Positions 1 through 34,980 are shown, counted from the stretch's first letter. The stretch: DNA of 64,000 bases from Macrostomum lignano (GCA_002269645.1 NIVC01001549.1:1-64000), one strand, 5' to 3'. Notes: generated by a model from the letters alone, not told the origin. Numbers and translations are program-made.

Positions 1-422
1 ACTATCAGGGGTGGTTATTGCAGACCCACAGTTGAAGTATCAGCGGGGGGTCTATTGCAGACCACAGTTGAAGGATCATTGGAACCAAAAGGTTTTTCAT
101 TGCGAGTCGTCGACCTATAGCTCTACACGAATATCCCGCCTTCACCCCTATAAGTAGTATAATACGTACAACCATGGTAAGGAAGTAACTTACCCTTATT
201 TTCTATTCAAACAGAGTTGCTTTTATTAAAAAAACTAACGACAGTAACTTTACCCTTTTATTTCTATTCAAACAGAGTTGCTTTTATTAAAAAAACTAAC
301 GAACGCTTCAGAGTTTGACAGATTCCACTGTCAATATTATTGCAGATTCATACTTTCTCAGATATATTAGCATTCTGCATTCTATTTCTTAATTTTTATA
401 CAAGAATAGAGAATTTCCAATC

Positions 423-625
423 TTAACCCCACCAGAATCTATGATGAATATTCGCGGGCCAATCAAGCAGTGGTCTATTCGAGGCGTCCAATGGTTTCTG
501 TTTAGTAAGTCTGACCTCCCTGCAGTATCCGCCTGTCCTCTCTGTGAAGCTTCTGGCAAACTCAAAGCGTTTATAAAAATATCCTCTCTCTTCCCCATCT
601 TTTCGAGTGTCATCCATCGGACAGA
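423..625 (-). CDS. Candidate terminal coding exon of an unidentified gene (..CPMDDTRKDGEERGYFYKRFEF..WPANIHHRFWWG*)
   Basis: Non-repetitive open frame ending TAA at 425-423; CAG acceptor at 628-626 (phase 1). The frame stays open to about 680, so the acceptor is uncertain. No family recognised. Confidence 0.4.
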
Positions 626-802
626 CTGTTGGTAACCCAATTCTTGTGTATAAATCTATAGATATAATTAATCTGTGTACAATTTATAAATATAAGTAGT
701 TCCATTAACTTGATCTTCACTTTACAGTAAGTTAATGACGAATAAATATGCTGTAACAATTTTGCTATTAATAATGCATGCAGACATTTTCTAGAATTTA
801 AA

Positions 803-2314
803 CTAGAATCGCCCATTCTTTTAATCTAGAATCGCCCATCCTCCAATCTAGAATCGCCCATCCTCCAATCTAGAATCGCCATCCTCCAATCTAGAATCGC
901 CCATCCTCCAATCTAGAATCGCCCATCCTCCAATCCAGAATCGCCCATCCTCCAATCTAGAATCGCCCATCCTCCAATCTAGAATCGCCCATCCTCCAAT
1001 CTAGAATCGCCCATCCTCCAATCTAGAATCGCCCATCCTCCAATCTAGAATCGCCCATCCTCCAATCTAGAATCGCCCATCCTCCAATCTAGAATCGCCC
1101 ATCCTCCAATCTAGAATCGCCCATCCTCCAATCTAGAATCGCCCATCCTCCAATCTAGAATCGCCCATCCTCCAATCCAGAAGCGCCCATCCTCCAATCT
1201 AGAATCGCCCATGCTCCAATCTAGAATCGCCCATTCTCCAATCTAGAATCGCCCATTCTCCAATCCAGAATCGCCCATGCTCCAATCTAGAATCGCCCAT
1301 TCTTCAATCTAGAATCGCCCATCCTCCAATCTAGAATCGCCCATCCTCCAATCTAGAATCGCCCATCCTCCAATCTAGAATCGCCCATCCTCCAATCTAG
1401 AATCGCCCATTCTCCAATCTAGAATCGCCCATCCTCCAATCTAGAATCGCCCATCCTCCAATCCAGAATCGCCCATCCTCCAATCTAGAATCGCCCATCC
1501 TCCAATCTAGAATCGCCCATTCTTCAATCTAGAATCGCCCATTCTCCAATCTAGAATCGCCCATGCTCCAATCTAGAATCGCCCATTCTCCAATCTAGAA
1601 TCGCCCATTCTCCAATCTAGAATCGCCCATGCTCCAATCTAGAATCGCCCATTCTCCAATCTAGAATCGCCCATCCTCCAATCTAGAATCGCCCATTCTC
1701 CAATCTAGAATCGCCCATCCTCCAATCTAGAATCGCCCATCCTCCAATCCAGAATCGCCCATCCTCCAATCTAGAATCGCCCATCCTCCAATCTAGAATC
1801 GCCCATCCTCCAATCCAGAAGCGCCCATCCTCCAATCTAGAATCGCCCATGCTCCAATCTAGAATCGCCCATCCTCCAATCTAGAATCGCCCATCCTCCA
1901 ATCTAGAATCGCCCATCCTCCAATCCAGAAGCGCCCATCCTCCAATCTAGAATCGCCCATGCTCCAATCTAGAATCGCCCATCCTCCAATCTAGAATCGC
2001 CCATTCTCCAATCCAGAAGCGCCCATCCTCCAATCTAGAATCGCCCATCCTCCAATCTAGAATCGCCCATCCTCCAATCCAGAATCGCCCATCCTCCAAT
2101 CTAGAATCGCCCATCCTCCAATCTAGAATCGCCCATCCTCCAATCTAGAATCGCCCATTCTCCAATCTAGAATCGCCCATCCTCCAATCTAGAATCGCCC
2201 ATCCTCCAATCTAGAATCGCCCATTCTCCAATCTAGAATCGCCCATCCTCCAATCTAGAATCGCCCATCCTCCAATCTAAAATCGCCCATCTTCCAATCT
2301 AGAATCGCCCATTC
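803..2314. repeat. 22-bp minisatellite (CTAGAATCGCCCATCCTCCAAT)n, about 69 copies
   Basis: Direct inspection. Confidence 0.97.
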
Positions 2315-2356
2315 TTTCCCTTTTAGTTATAAAAAAGCTTAAAGTGAATCTTCAAC

Positions 2357-2555
2357 TTTTGTCGTGTAAGTATTTGTAGAAATTTTTCTGAACAGAGAAG
2401 TTCACAACTTTCACATTGTGACTGCACGATGGTATATACAAACGGCCATCTGGTCTGATTTCCCACGGGACTAATATAGGCAGCTGCAAGTCTGTTAGAT
2501 TTGGTTCGATGCTAACTGTATTGCTTATATGAGTATATTTTATCTCTGATGAAAT
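2357..2555 (-). CDS. Candidate internal exon of the same unidentified gene (ISSEIKYTH..PWEIRPDGRLYIPSCSH..YKYLHDK)
   Basis: 66 open codons after a tttatag acceptor; weak phase-1 donor GTTGAA that joins in frame to the 625 acceptor. Confidence 0.35.
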
Positions 2556-2618
2556 CTATAAATTTTGCCTAACAACAGCGGACTCTTATTAGTTTCTCAG
2601 GTATGAGTGTAAGTATAA

Positions 2619-2985
2619 CCCTGTCACTGACACCAATTTCTTAGAGTGGCCGTGTCACTGATACCGATTTCTTAGAATCGCCCTGTCACTGATACCAATT
2701 TCTTAGAATCGCCCTGTCACTGATACCAATTTCTTAGAATCGCCGTGTCACTGATACCGATTTCTTAGAATCGCCCTGTCACTGATACCAATTTCTTAGA
2801 ATCGCCCTGTCACTGATACCAATTTCTTAGAATCGCCCTGTCACTGATACCGATTTCTTAGAATCGCCCTGTCACTGATACCAATTTCTTAGAATCGCCC
2901 TGTCACTGATACCAATTTCTTAGAATTGCCCTGTCATACCCATTTCTTAGAATCGCCCTGTCACTGATACCAATTTCTTAGAATC
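2619..2985. repeat. 31-bp minisatellite (TTTCTTAGAATCGCCCTGTCACTGATACCAA)n, about 12 copies
   Basis: Direct inspection. Confidence 0.95.
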
Positions 2986-3761
2986 TTTGACTTAGAGAAC
3001 CCCCTCTATGCATGTATCTCATGCGAGATTAAATCTATTTCCTATTCTTTATAACAAGTAATGAGTAGAATTGCCCAGGTGTTATTATTTCCTATATCCG
3101 ATTATCTTCTAAGCCATCCTTTTACGAGTGCGGACCGGCCTACTTTATTGAACGATGTTCCCGACTGCCAAGTTCAGAGCATGGGCAAACCGTTCCCCTT
3201 TTCCCTATAGCCCTCAACCAGCTAGCTGCATAGCCTCAATCGATTCGAGCTTCAAAACTCTTTCTTGGCTGGCCCTCTCTCCCACCCTGTACCCCTCATT
3301 TTTATTTGACAGATTTGTTGTGTAGCCTGGATCCGCAGGCAGCCCCCTTTCGGAGTCAAGGAAGGCTGAGCAAACACCCGTGATGCAGCTTGCCTTTTCC
3401 GCTCTTAATGGAAAGAACAGGAGCGAACTGCCTGCAGTATACTTTAGATTTTTTTATTGGGCAGCTTAAAGTGCCTTGCCTTCTTTGATTGTCGGAATCC
3501 TTTTTTGCACAGTGCTAAGCAATGCAAATAGATTTAGATTTGGACTTGGGAATTATTTACAAGTCTTTAAACCAATTTTATAAACCTCAAAATGATCGCG
3601 TGTTTTTTTAATAATCACTCTTCTCTTGAAAGCATCGCCCTGTCCTTAAAAGAATCGCCGTGTCCTTGCAATAATCACCGTGTCCTTCAAAGAACCACCG
3701 GGTCCCCTATTATCATATGAATCGCCCCAATATCAAAACCATCGCCCTATTATAATTTTTA

Positions 3762-4113
3762 ATAAGAATCGCCTTATTATCATAAGAATCGCCTCATTAT
3801 CATAAGAATCGCCTTATTATCATAAGAATCGCCTCATTATCATAAGAATCGCCTCATGATCATAAGAATCGCCTCATGATCATAAGAATCGCCTCATTAT
3901 CATAAGAATCGCCTCATTATCATAAGAATCGCCTCATTATCATAAGAATCGCCTCATTATCATAAGAATCGCCTCATTATCATAAGAATCGCCTCATTAT
4001 CATAAGAACGCCTCATGATCATAAGAACGCCTCATGATCATAAGAACGCCTCATTATCATAAGAACGCCTCATTATCATAAGAACGCCTCATTATCATAC
4101 GAATCGTCCTATT
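3762..4113. repeat. 20-bp minisatellite (TCATTATCATAAGAATCGCC)n
   Basis: Direct inspection. Confidence 0.95.
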
Positions 4114-5599
4114 ATCTCAGGAATCGTAGGAATCCTCAGTAGCGGTATAATTCAGGGTGAGCAGCCTACTCAACTTTTATTAATCCCAACTCCTAGCCCC
4201 TAACCCTGCCCCTCTATAGACTGCATGGCTGGCGGAAGTTTAATCCCGTTTCCCCAACCCCTTGCCTCCTCACCGCCGCCCAAACCAGCTGCAGCTGCAG
4301 CCTGAGAGTCCCGTATTTTTATATCCGAGCGATAAACCGCCCCCTCGACTCCCACCCCAACTTCCGAGCCCACTGGTGCCTCTCAATTAATTCAGGTTTT
4401 GGTCGTCTGCCTCCCTGCCTGATGCAGCTGCTGCTGCTGCTATCCGGTGGGAGCCGCAGCATGGCTAAAAGAACGGTCTAAGGGGACGGGGGTTTCTGCT
4501 TCAGCCAGGGGCTGGGCTCCTCGGAGTTCGGCATGCTATAGAATCGATCGATTGAGTTGCACTGGATCAGTAAAATTGCGACTCATCTAGCTTATCTTGT
4601 CCGGTCGCTTTTAGTGCTCTTGTTTCTTTAATCCTTAGCCATTATGTTTGTGGCCGCATCAATACCTTCATCTTCAGTCTCTATCTTTCCGTCATCATCT
4701 CTTCACAAGAATTACCCAGTTACCCTCGCATTGGAAGAGTCTCTCTCGTGTGCTCTGTTTGCCACTTGTATTTGCTGTTTGTTTTTAGTTTCTGGCTTGC
4801 TTTATTACTTAGCATTATGTTTATGGCCGCGTCAATACCGTCTTTTACCACCCCAGCAACACACAGACTCCTTTTTCCCTGCTTCACTGTTCTCTCCTCT
4901 CCTCATCCCTGTTTAGCCTCTGTTTACCTCTCTTCATTACTCTCTTGATAACACTTCTATGTTTATTCCCTCCATCCCTGTTACCCTCTCTCCATCCCCT
5001 GTTTATCCCCTCTCTATCCCCTGTTTATCCCATCTCTATCCCCTGTTTATCCTCTCCATCCCCTGTTTATCCCCTGTTTATCCCCACTGTTATTCACTCT
5101 CAGTCTGTCTCTGTCGTCTCTTTCAGTCTCACCCGATTTCTTTCCCTCCCTATTCTCTGTGATCGTTAGCTATTAAGAAACCGTCTGGGTCTCAGTGTTG
5201 CACTGGCAGTGCTCACGCGGTGCAAAGTGTATAGTGCGGATCGGCCTTCCTGCCTTGCGAGTGATTTATTGCTTAGCCGACAGTCCTGTAGCTCCTTCCT
5301 GACTGCCTGACCGAGTCAGTGGCAGTCTGTATAGGGGCGGATGCGAGCAGTTGAAAGGCCCACAAGATAAAACTGTTTGCTTGCAGAATGCTATATAATC
5401 GATGGCGGAATTAGACGCATGAAATATCCCCAGAGCGCTGAGAAAGAAATTCGCCCTCTCGCTTCTGCATTTAACAATGAGTCCCCGCTGCTTAGTAAAC
5501 ACGCATGAGTTTGCAATGCGTATTATTTTCTTCTCGGACTTGCTTGAAAAGCTAATAATTCGTTGCTAGCTGGCTGGCTAATTCAGGGAACGACACTCA

Positions 5600-6875
5600 A
5601 ATTAAGAGAGTGACAACAAAGTTGAGAGAATGGCAACCAAGTTGAGAGAAAGACAACCAAGATGAAAGAATGACAACCAAGTTGAGAGAAAGACAACCAA
5701 GTTGAGAGAATGACAACCAAGTTGAGAGAATGACAACCAAGTCGAGAGAATGACAACCAAGTCGAGAGAATTACAATCAAGTTAAGAAAATGACAATCAA
5801 GTTAGAGTGGCAACCAAGTTGAGAGAATGACAACCAAGATAAAAGAATGACAACCAAGTTGAGAGAATGACAACCAGGATGAAAGAATGACAACCAAGTT
5901 AGGAGAATGACAACCAAGTTGAGAGAATGACAAACAGGTTGAGAGAATGACAAATAAGTCAAGAGAATGGCAACCAAGTTGAGAGAATGACAACCAAGTC
6001 GAGAGAATGACAACCAAGTTGAGAGAAAGACAACCAAGTTGAGAGAAAGACAACCAAGTTGAAAGAAAGACAACCAAGATGAAAGAATGACAACCAAGTT
6101 GAGAGAAAGACAACCAAGTTAAGAGAAAGACAACCAAGATGAAAGAAAGACAACCAAGTTGAGAGAATGACAACCAAGTTGAGAGAAAGACAACCAAGTT
6201 GAGAGAAAGACAACCAAGTTGAGAGAAAGACAACCAAGTTGAGAGAAAGACAACCAAGTTGAAAGAAAGACAACCAAGATGAAAGAATGACAACCAAGTT
6301 GAGAGAAAGACAACCAAGTTGAGAGAAAGACAACCAAGATGAAAGAAAGACAACCAAGTTGAGAGAATGACAACCAAGTTGAGAGAAAGACAACCAAGTT
6401 GAGAGAAAGACAACCAAGTTGAGAGAAAGACAACAAAGTTGAGAAAATGACAACCAAAATGAAAGAATGACAACCAAGTTGAGAGAATGACAACCAAGTT
6501 GAGAGAAAGACAACCAAGATGAAAGAATGACAACCAAGATGAAAGAATGACAACCAAAATGAAAGAATGACAACCAAGTTGAGAGAATGACAACCAAGTT
6601 GAGAGAAAGACAACCAAGATGAAAGAATGACAACCAAGATGAAAGAATGACAACCAAGTAAGAAAATGACAATCCAGTTAGAGAGTGACAACCAAGTTGA
6701 GAGAATGACAACCAAGTTGAGAAAATGACAACCAAGTTGAGAGAATGACAACCAAGGTGAGAGAATGACAACCAAGTTGAGAGAAAGACAACCAAGTTGA
6801 GAGAAAGACAACAAAGTTGAGAAAATGACAACCAAAATGAAAGAATGACAACCAAGTTGAGAGAATGACAAGCCG
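5600..6875. repeat. 20-bp minisatellite (GAGAGAATGACAACCAAGTT)n
   Basis: Direct inspection; source of the long - strand ORFs at 5583-6921. Confidence 0.97.
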
Positions 6876-7508
6876 AGAAACATGTTATTCCAGTCACGAC
6901 AAGACTATTACGAATTTTCAATAGAAAATGTCTAGATTTTAGCGCGGACCCCGACTAAAATCATCACATCAGGTGATTTTTCAGTTTCTATTGTAAATAA
7001 ATAGATCGAATTCTTGCTTCAAAAGATGTGAAATCACACTGGAACCATCTGTATGTAGACTGCGTGTGTACTTTATTAAGGTAATGTAGTGAGAAACTGC
7101 GAGAGACTCAGGGGGTTGAAATGCTGGATCCTGGCTAACTAAAGCAGAGAAAAGCAGAGAAATGCAGCTTAATCAGATATGCAAATGGTAACCCTGGGCT
7201 GGCTGATCCGGTGTTGGTGTTGGTTGGACGCTGTTTCACTTTCTCTTCCTCTATCAGCCGGCTCCAAAACTCCACTTTCGCACACAAATGGCTGGCTGGC
7301 TCCATCTGCCAAGCTATAAAGCGCATTGTGCATTAATTAATCATATTTTAGATTAATGATATCCTCTAGTTATGAGGATGGGGAGTTTCCACTGTAATGC
7401 GTAATGAAAACTTTTTTATGTTTGCACAGCCCTAGGCTGATTTATCGGAGTCTTTGGCGTTTTATGATTATAGTTTGCTCACAGCTGCCCCCGCTGAGAA
7501 CTGCTCAC

Positions 7509-7597
7509 CTGCTCACTAATAATACTGCTGCAGTCGCCAATAAAACTGCGTAGAGAATCTCCAACAAAAAACTCTGGGAAAGTTGACCTGCACTCAT
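7509..7597 (-). CDS. Candidate first coding exon encoding a signal peptide/TM anchor (MSAGQLSQSFLLEILYAVLLATAAVLLVS)
   Basis: ATG at 7597, hydrophobic stretch, strong donor AG|GTGAGC (phase 2). Link to the 2357-2555 exon needs further exons that were not found. Confidence 0.25.
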
Positions 7598-7619
7598 CAG
7601 AAAATCGTCTCAAATTACT

Positions 7620-8095
7620 CATGAGAATCGCCCCTACATCAACCATGAGAATCGCCCCTACACCAACCATGAGAATCGCCCCTACACCAACCATGAGAAT
7701 CGCACCTACACCATGAGCATCGCCCCACACCAACCACGAGAATCTTCCCTATACCATGAGAATCGCCCCTACACCAACCATGAGAATCTCCCCTATACCA
7801 TGAGAATCGCCCCCACACCAACCATGAGAATCTCCCCTATACCATGAGAATCGCCGCTACACCACCCTGAGAATCGCCGCTACACCACCCTGAGAATCGC
7901 CCCTACACCACCCTGAGAATCGCCGCTACACCACCCTGAGAATCGCCCCTACATAACCATGAGAATCGCCGCTACACCACCATGAGAATCGCCGCTACAC
8001 CACCCTGAGAATCGCCGCTACACCACCATGAGAATCGCCGCTACACCACCCTGAGAATCGCCCCTACACCACCCTGAGAATCGCCCCTACACCAC
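7620..8095. repeat. 23-24-bp minisatellite (ATGAGAATCGCCCCTACACCAACC)n
   Basis: Direct inspection. Confidence 0.95.
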
Positions 8096-8734
8096 TGCCT
8101 ACTCCACAAGTAGTTTCAATGCTCTCATACATTTTCAGCACTTGAGCAGCCAGACGGTCAGACACATGATTAGCTGTAGCCTGTACACATCTTATGGCCC
8201 CCGCAAGCGCTGACATGGCTCTCTGAGGCATAATAGCGACAATTTGATTCCACTTGACTGCAGCTCGCTACTTGCGTGCGGCCAGGCCAATCAGCTGACA
8301 TTGGAGAGGCGCAGGCTGCTACTTTGCAATAGCTGATTCCAAATCCACGCTGCCAAGAATTTAATTTTTGCCTCCTTGGCTGCTGTCTCCTAGCTGGTTT
8401 TCTTGCTTAAGAGCTATTGCTAAGGAGGCTGGAGCTACCATTGGAGCAGGCGGTATGCGTATGCATGTAGGAGTTATATATAGATCTGGGTTTTTTGAGT
8501 GGCAATTCTCATCCTGTGGTCTTCAAACTGGAGCACTCTTCAAAAATTTTATCCTGACAAATTAGTTAAATTATTTGTATTCTCGGCACGAATGTCGCAC
8601 GAGGAGAAGCATTTCTGGTGTCTGTTGCCCAAAGTTGCTCACTGCCAGACTGGCGAGTAAGTTTTGAGTAGGTTTTACCCTGGGAATGGGGAGATATTTT
8701 GAGTATAGGTATCCATCGAATAGACTGTACACCT

Positions 8735-9278
8735 GTTTGTAGATATCCTAGACAGAGACTGTAGATATCCCAGGCATAGGCTGTAAATAGCCTAGTCAAA
8801 GACTGTAGATATCCTAGGCATAGGCTGTGGATATCCCACGCAGAGACTGTAGATATCTCACACAGAGACTGTAGATATCCTAGACAGAGACTGTACATAT
8901 CCTAGACAGAGACTGTACATATCCTAGACAGAGACTGTACATATCCTAGACAGAGACTGTACATATCCCACGCAGAAACTGTAGATATCCTAGACAGACT
9001 GTAGATATCTCACACAGAGACTGTAGATATCCTAGGCATAGGCTGTGGATATCCCACGCAGAGACTGTAGATATCTCACACAGAGACTGTACATATCCTA
9101 GACAGAGACTGTACATATCCTAGACAGAGACTGTACATATCCCACGCAGAAACTGTAGATATCCTAGACAGACTGTAGATATCCTAGACAGACTGTAGAT
9201 ATCCCAGGCATAGGCTGTAGATATCCCAGGCATAGGCTGTAGATCTCCCAGGCATAGGCTGTAGATATCCCAGGCCTG
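8735..9278. repeat. 22-bp minisatellite (CAGAGACTGTAGATATCCTAGA)n upstream of PKG exon 1a
   Basis: Direct inspection. Confidence 0.93.
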
Positions 9279-9449
9279 AATCAGTTTATTCGAGCCGTAT
9301 TTCGAAAAGTTTATTGCATGGATTCTACAAATTTCTTTCCGCTCATTTATTTGAAATAAGAACTTTTTCCCGATATTTTCTTATCCGTTCTACTTTCAGT
9401 AGCACACTTCAAACCAATTGACCATTAGTTTTTGCATTGCATTTCTAGC

Positions 9450-30769
<21,320 letters not shown>

Positions 30770-31221
30770 GTCACCAAAGCCGCAAAAACAGTCTGTTAGT
30801 CTTTGTTCAAGAAAGCTTATTATCAGTTTAGTAAATGTTTGGCACAAGACTTGCTTAAAAAGATTTCCCTTGAGTGTTTAAGTGCGTTATGTACTACTAA
30901 TTCAGAATGGTTCGCATATAATAGTATTCAAGATTTTATATTGCTATATCCGAGTCTTAATGGCTTATAAGCGGTTGTGTTATATTAATATTTTAGTCTT
31001 TGTTTGTGCAGCATTTTCTGTTTTATTTGTTACTCAACTGAAAGAAACTTAAAAAATCTGAATCTCCACCAAAACTTGTCTAACAAAAAGTTTCCGCTGT
31101 TAGCGTTTGCGATGAGCTAAAATATAATTTGAAAGCAGCTTGATATGCTTTGATTGCGTCACTGAGTGAGCAGTCTGAATGGCAAAATTGTGTGTATGTG
31201 ATCAAACAGTTTTCAAAATGC

Positions 31222-32675
31222 AGATGGAGATAAACACAAATACAGATGGAGATAAACACAAATACAGATGGAGATAAACACAAATACAGATGGAGAGAAA
31301 CACAAATACTGATGGAGAGAAACACAAATACAGATGGAGCTAAACACAAATACAGATGGAGAGAAACACAAATACAGATCGAGATAAACACAAATACAGA
31401 TCGAGATAAACACAAATACAGATCGAGATAAACACAAATACAGATGGAGAGAAACACAAATACAGATCGAGATAAACACAAATACAGATGGAGAGAAACA
31501 CAAATACTGATGGAGAGAAACACAAATACAGATCGAGATAAACACAAATACAGATCGAGATAAACACAAATACAGTTCGAGATAAGCACAAATACAGATG
31601 GAGATAAACAGAAATACAGATCGAGATAAACACAAATACAGATGGAGAGAAACACAAATACTGATGGAGAGAAACACAAATACAGATCGAGATAAACACA
31701 AATACAGATCGAGATAAACACAAATACAGTTCGAGATAAGCACAAATACAGATGGAGATAAACAGAAATACAGAAGGAGAGAAACACAACTACAGATGGA
31801 GATAAACACAAATACAGATGGAGATAAACACAAATACAGATGGAGATAAACACAAATACAGATGGAGAGAAACACAAATACTGATGGAGAGAAACACAAA
31901 TACAGATGGAGCTAAACACAAATACAGATGGAGAGAAACACAAATACAGATCGAGATAAACACAAATACAGATCGAGATAAACACAAATACAGATCGAGA
32001 TAAACACAAATACAGATGGAGAGAAACACAAATACAGATCGAGATAAACACAAATACAGATGGAGAGAAACACAAATACTGATGGAGAGAAACACAAATA
32101 CAGATCGAGATAAACACAAATACAGATCGAGATAAACACAAATACAGTTCGAGATAAGCACAAATACAGATGGAGATAAACAGAAATACAGATCGAGATA
32201 AACACAAATACAGATGGAGAGAAACACAAATACTGATGGAGAGAAACACAAATACAGATCGAGATAAACACAAATACAGATCGAGATAAACACAAATACA
32301 GTTCGAGATAAGCACAAATACAGATGGAGATAAACAGAAATACAGAAGGAGAGAAACACAACTACAGATGGAGATAAGCACAACTACAGATGGAGATAAA
32401 CGCAAATACAGAAGGAGAGAAACACAACTACAGATGGAGATAAACATAAATACAGATCGAGATAAACACAAATATAGATTGAGATAAACATAAATACAGA
32501 TGGAGATAAACACGAATACAGATGGAGACAAACACAAATATAGATCGAGATAAACACAAATACAGATGGAGATAAACACAAATATAGATCGAGATAAACA
32601 CAAATATAGATCGAGATAAACACAAATACAGATGGAGATAAACACAAATACAGATGGAGATAAACACAAATACTG
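31222..32675. repeat. 22-bp minisatellite (AGATAAACACAAATACAGATGG)n containing a 572-bp higher-order duplication
   Basis: Identical translated ORFs at 31246/31818 and 31340/31912, offset 572 = 26 units. Confidence 0.96.
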
Positions 32676-33624
32676 AGAACCTGCATTGAACAGCCAGATC
32701 GACTCATTAGGGAAGGTATTTCTCATGTTAGTGAGGCTCGCGCCTTCCAGATTCTAGCTGGCGATGGAGCTGAAGTAGATCTTAGTCTATGTAGCCAGCC
32801 CAGACAAATTGTAAATTCCGATCAGCGATAACCATAGTGGGCCTCTGCTGTCCCAATGCCACTGCTTCTTGTGAGATTGACAGCGAATTTGAGGTGGACA
32901 GGTTGATGTGGACAGCGAGCGAGATAGAGAATGGTGAGAGAGAGGATTCCCCCCAAGATTTTACATCTTGAGTGAAAGGTTTAGAGGGTCAGAGGAAGAG
33001 ATAGTGAGATGTTCAAAGTTGTGAGTGGGCTTGGGAGAGAAGAGGAGAGAGTTAGAGAAAGAGGGTGAGACATGCAGACAGAAAGATATGTAGGAAGAGA
33101 CTTCAGTCTTCAACAGCCTGGAGATTCACCGCCCTTAGCGTTCGCGTGTGCGGTGGACTTTGCTACTTTCACCCTGGTTTCTAATCTGACGTGTTTCACT
33201 GCAATTTCTATTTGCAGTTGCATTGCAATGCTCATAAATCGTACTTGAAATATACATTCAGTTGCATATTGCAACCATGAGAGTCCCTTTGCAGTTGGGG
33301 CAGTCACTTTTGTGTGCCTTTTCGGCCGAGATACAGTAATGTACGTGTATGTTATCAACTTTTTTTCACTTTTACTTTTTAGTTTCAAACGAGTGCTGGT
33401 ATAGCCAAAATGTTTGACCAAAGCTTTACAATCCAACATTTGTTGAAGGCGAATTCAAACATTTCATTGTATTGAATAAATGGTTAAGGTCAATTCCCAA
33501 AGTTCAGAAAACGACGATGAACGAACACCTTTGCTGAGGTAAATAACTGAGTGCAACATATTCTTATTGAAATCTGTTTTATCATACTGCAGCATATGAA
33601 TTCAGGTGTAGATTAGCTGATCAG

Positions 33625-34980
33625 AATAGCTGAGTGACTCTCTCTGATCTGTAGGTCAGGGTGGATGGCACAGTGAGTGACTCTCTCTGTAGGTTAAGGT
33701 GGATGGCACAGTGAGTGACTCTGTAGGTTAAGGTGGATGGCACAGTGAGTGACTCTCTCTGTAGGTTAAGGTGGATGGCACAGTGAGTGACTCTGTAGGT
33801 TAAGGTGGATGGCACAGTGAGTGACTCTGTAGGTTAAGGTGGATGGCACAGTGAGTGACTCTGTAGGTTAAGGTGGATGGCACAGTGAGTGACTCTGTAG
33901 GTTAAGGTGGATGGCACAGTGAGTGACTCTGTAGGTTAAGGTGGATGGCACAGTGAGTGACTCTGTAGGTTAAGGTGGATGGCACAGTGAGTGACTCTGT
34001 AGGTTAAGGTGGATGGCACAGTGAGTGACTCTGTAGGTTAAGGTGGATGGCACAGTGAGTGACTCTGTAGGTTAAGGTGGATGGCACAGTGAGTGACTCT
34101 GTAGGTTAAGGTGGATGGCACAGTGAGTGACTCTGTAGGTTAAGGTGGATGGCACAGTGAGTGACTCTGTAGGTTAAGGTGGATGGCACAGTGAGTGACT
34201 CTGTAGGTTAAGGTGGATGGCACAGTGAGTGACTCTGTAGGTTAAGGTGGATGGCACAGTGAGTGACTCTGTAGGTTAAGGTGGATGGCACAGTGAGTGA
34301 CTCTGTAGGTTAAGGTGGATGGCACAGTGAGTGACTCTGTAGGTTAAGGTGGATGGCACAGTGAGTGACTCTGTAGGTTAAGGTGGATGGCACAGTGAGT
34401 GACTCTGTAGGTTAAGGTGGATGGCACAGTGAGTGACTCTGTAGGTTAAGGTGGATGGCACAGTGAGTGACTCTGTAGGTTAAGGTGGATGGCACAGTGA
34501 GTGACTCTGTAGGTTAAGGTGGATGGCACAGTGAGTGACTCTGTAGGTTAAGGTGGATGGCACAGTGAGTGACTCTGTAGGTTAAGGTGGATGGCACAGT
34601 GAGTGACTCTGTAGGTTAAGGTGGATGGCACAGTGAGTGACTCTGTAGGTTAAGGTGGATGGCACAGTGAGTGACTCTGTAGGTTAAGGTGGATGGCACA
34701 GTGAGTGACTCTGTAGGTTAAGGTGGATGGCACAGTGAGTGACTCTGTAGGTTAAGGTGGATGGCACAGTGAGTGACTCTGTAGGTTAAGGTGGATGGCA
34801 CAGTGAGTGACTCTGTAGGTTAAGGTGGATGGCACAGTGAGTGACTCTGTAGGTTAAGGTGGATGGCACAGTGAGTGACTCTGTAGGTTAAGGTGGATGG
34901 CACAGTGAGTGACTCTGTAGGTTAAGGTGGATGGCACAGTGAGTGACTCTCTCTGTAACATAGGTCAGGGTGGATGGCAC
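33625..34980. repeat. Highly homogeneous 34-bp array (GTGGATGGCACAGTGAGTGACTCTGTAGGTTAAG)n
   Basis: About 39 near-identical copies. Confidence 0.97.

Noticed and set aside
5583-6921. Hydrophobic Cys/Leu-rich ORFs (also 12185-13270, 17296-17977, 19989-20830 repeat part, 24082-24972, 26758-27932, 31080-32726, 35611-37500, 57187-57846)
   Set aside because: All are tandem-repeat translations, open in several frames at once.
32700-33110. Possible decayed LINE endonuclease on the - strand (PTMVIADRNLQFVW vaguely like IILGDFN..IDW)
   Set aside because: Multiple stops and only faint motif resemblance; needs a profile search.
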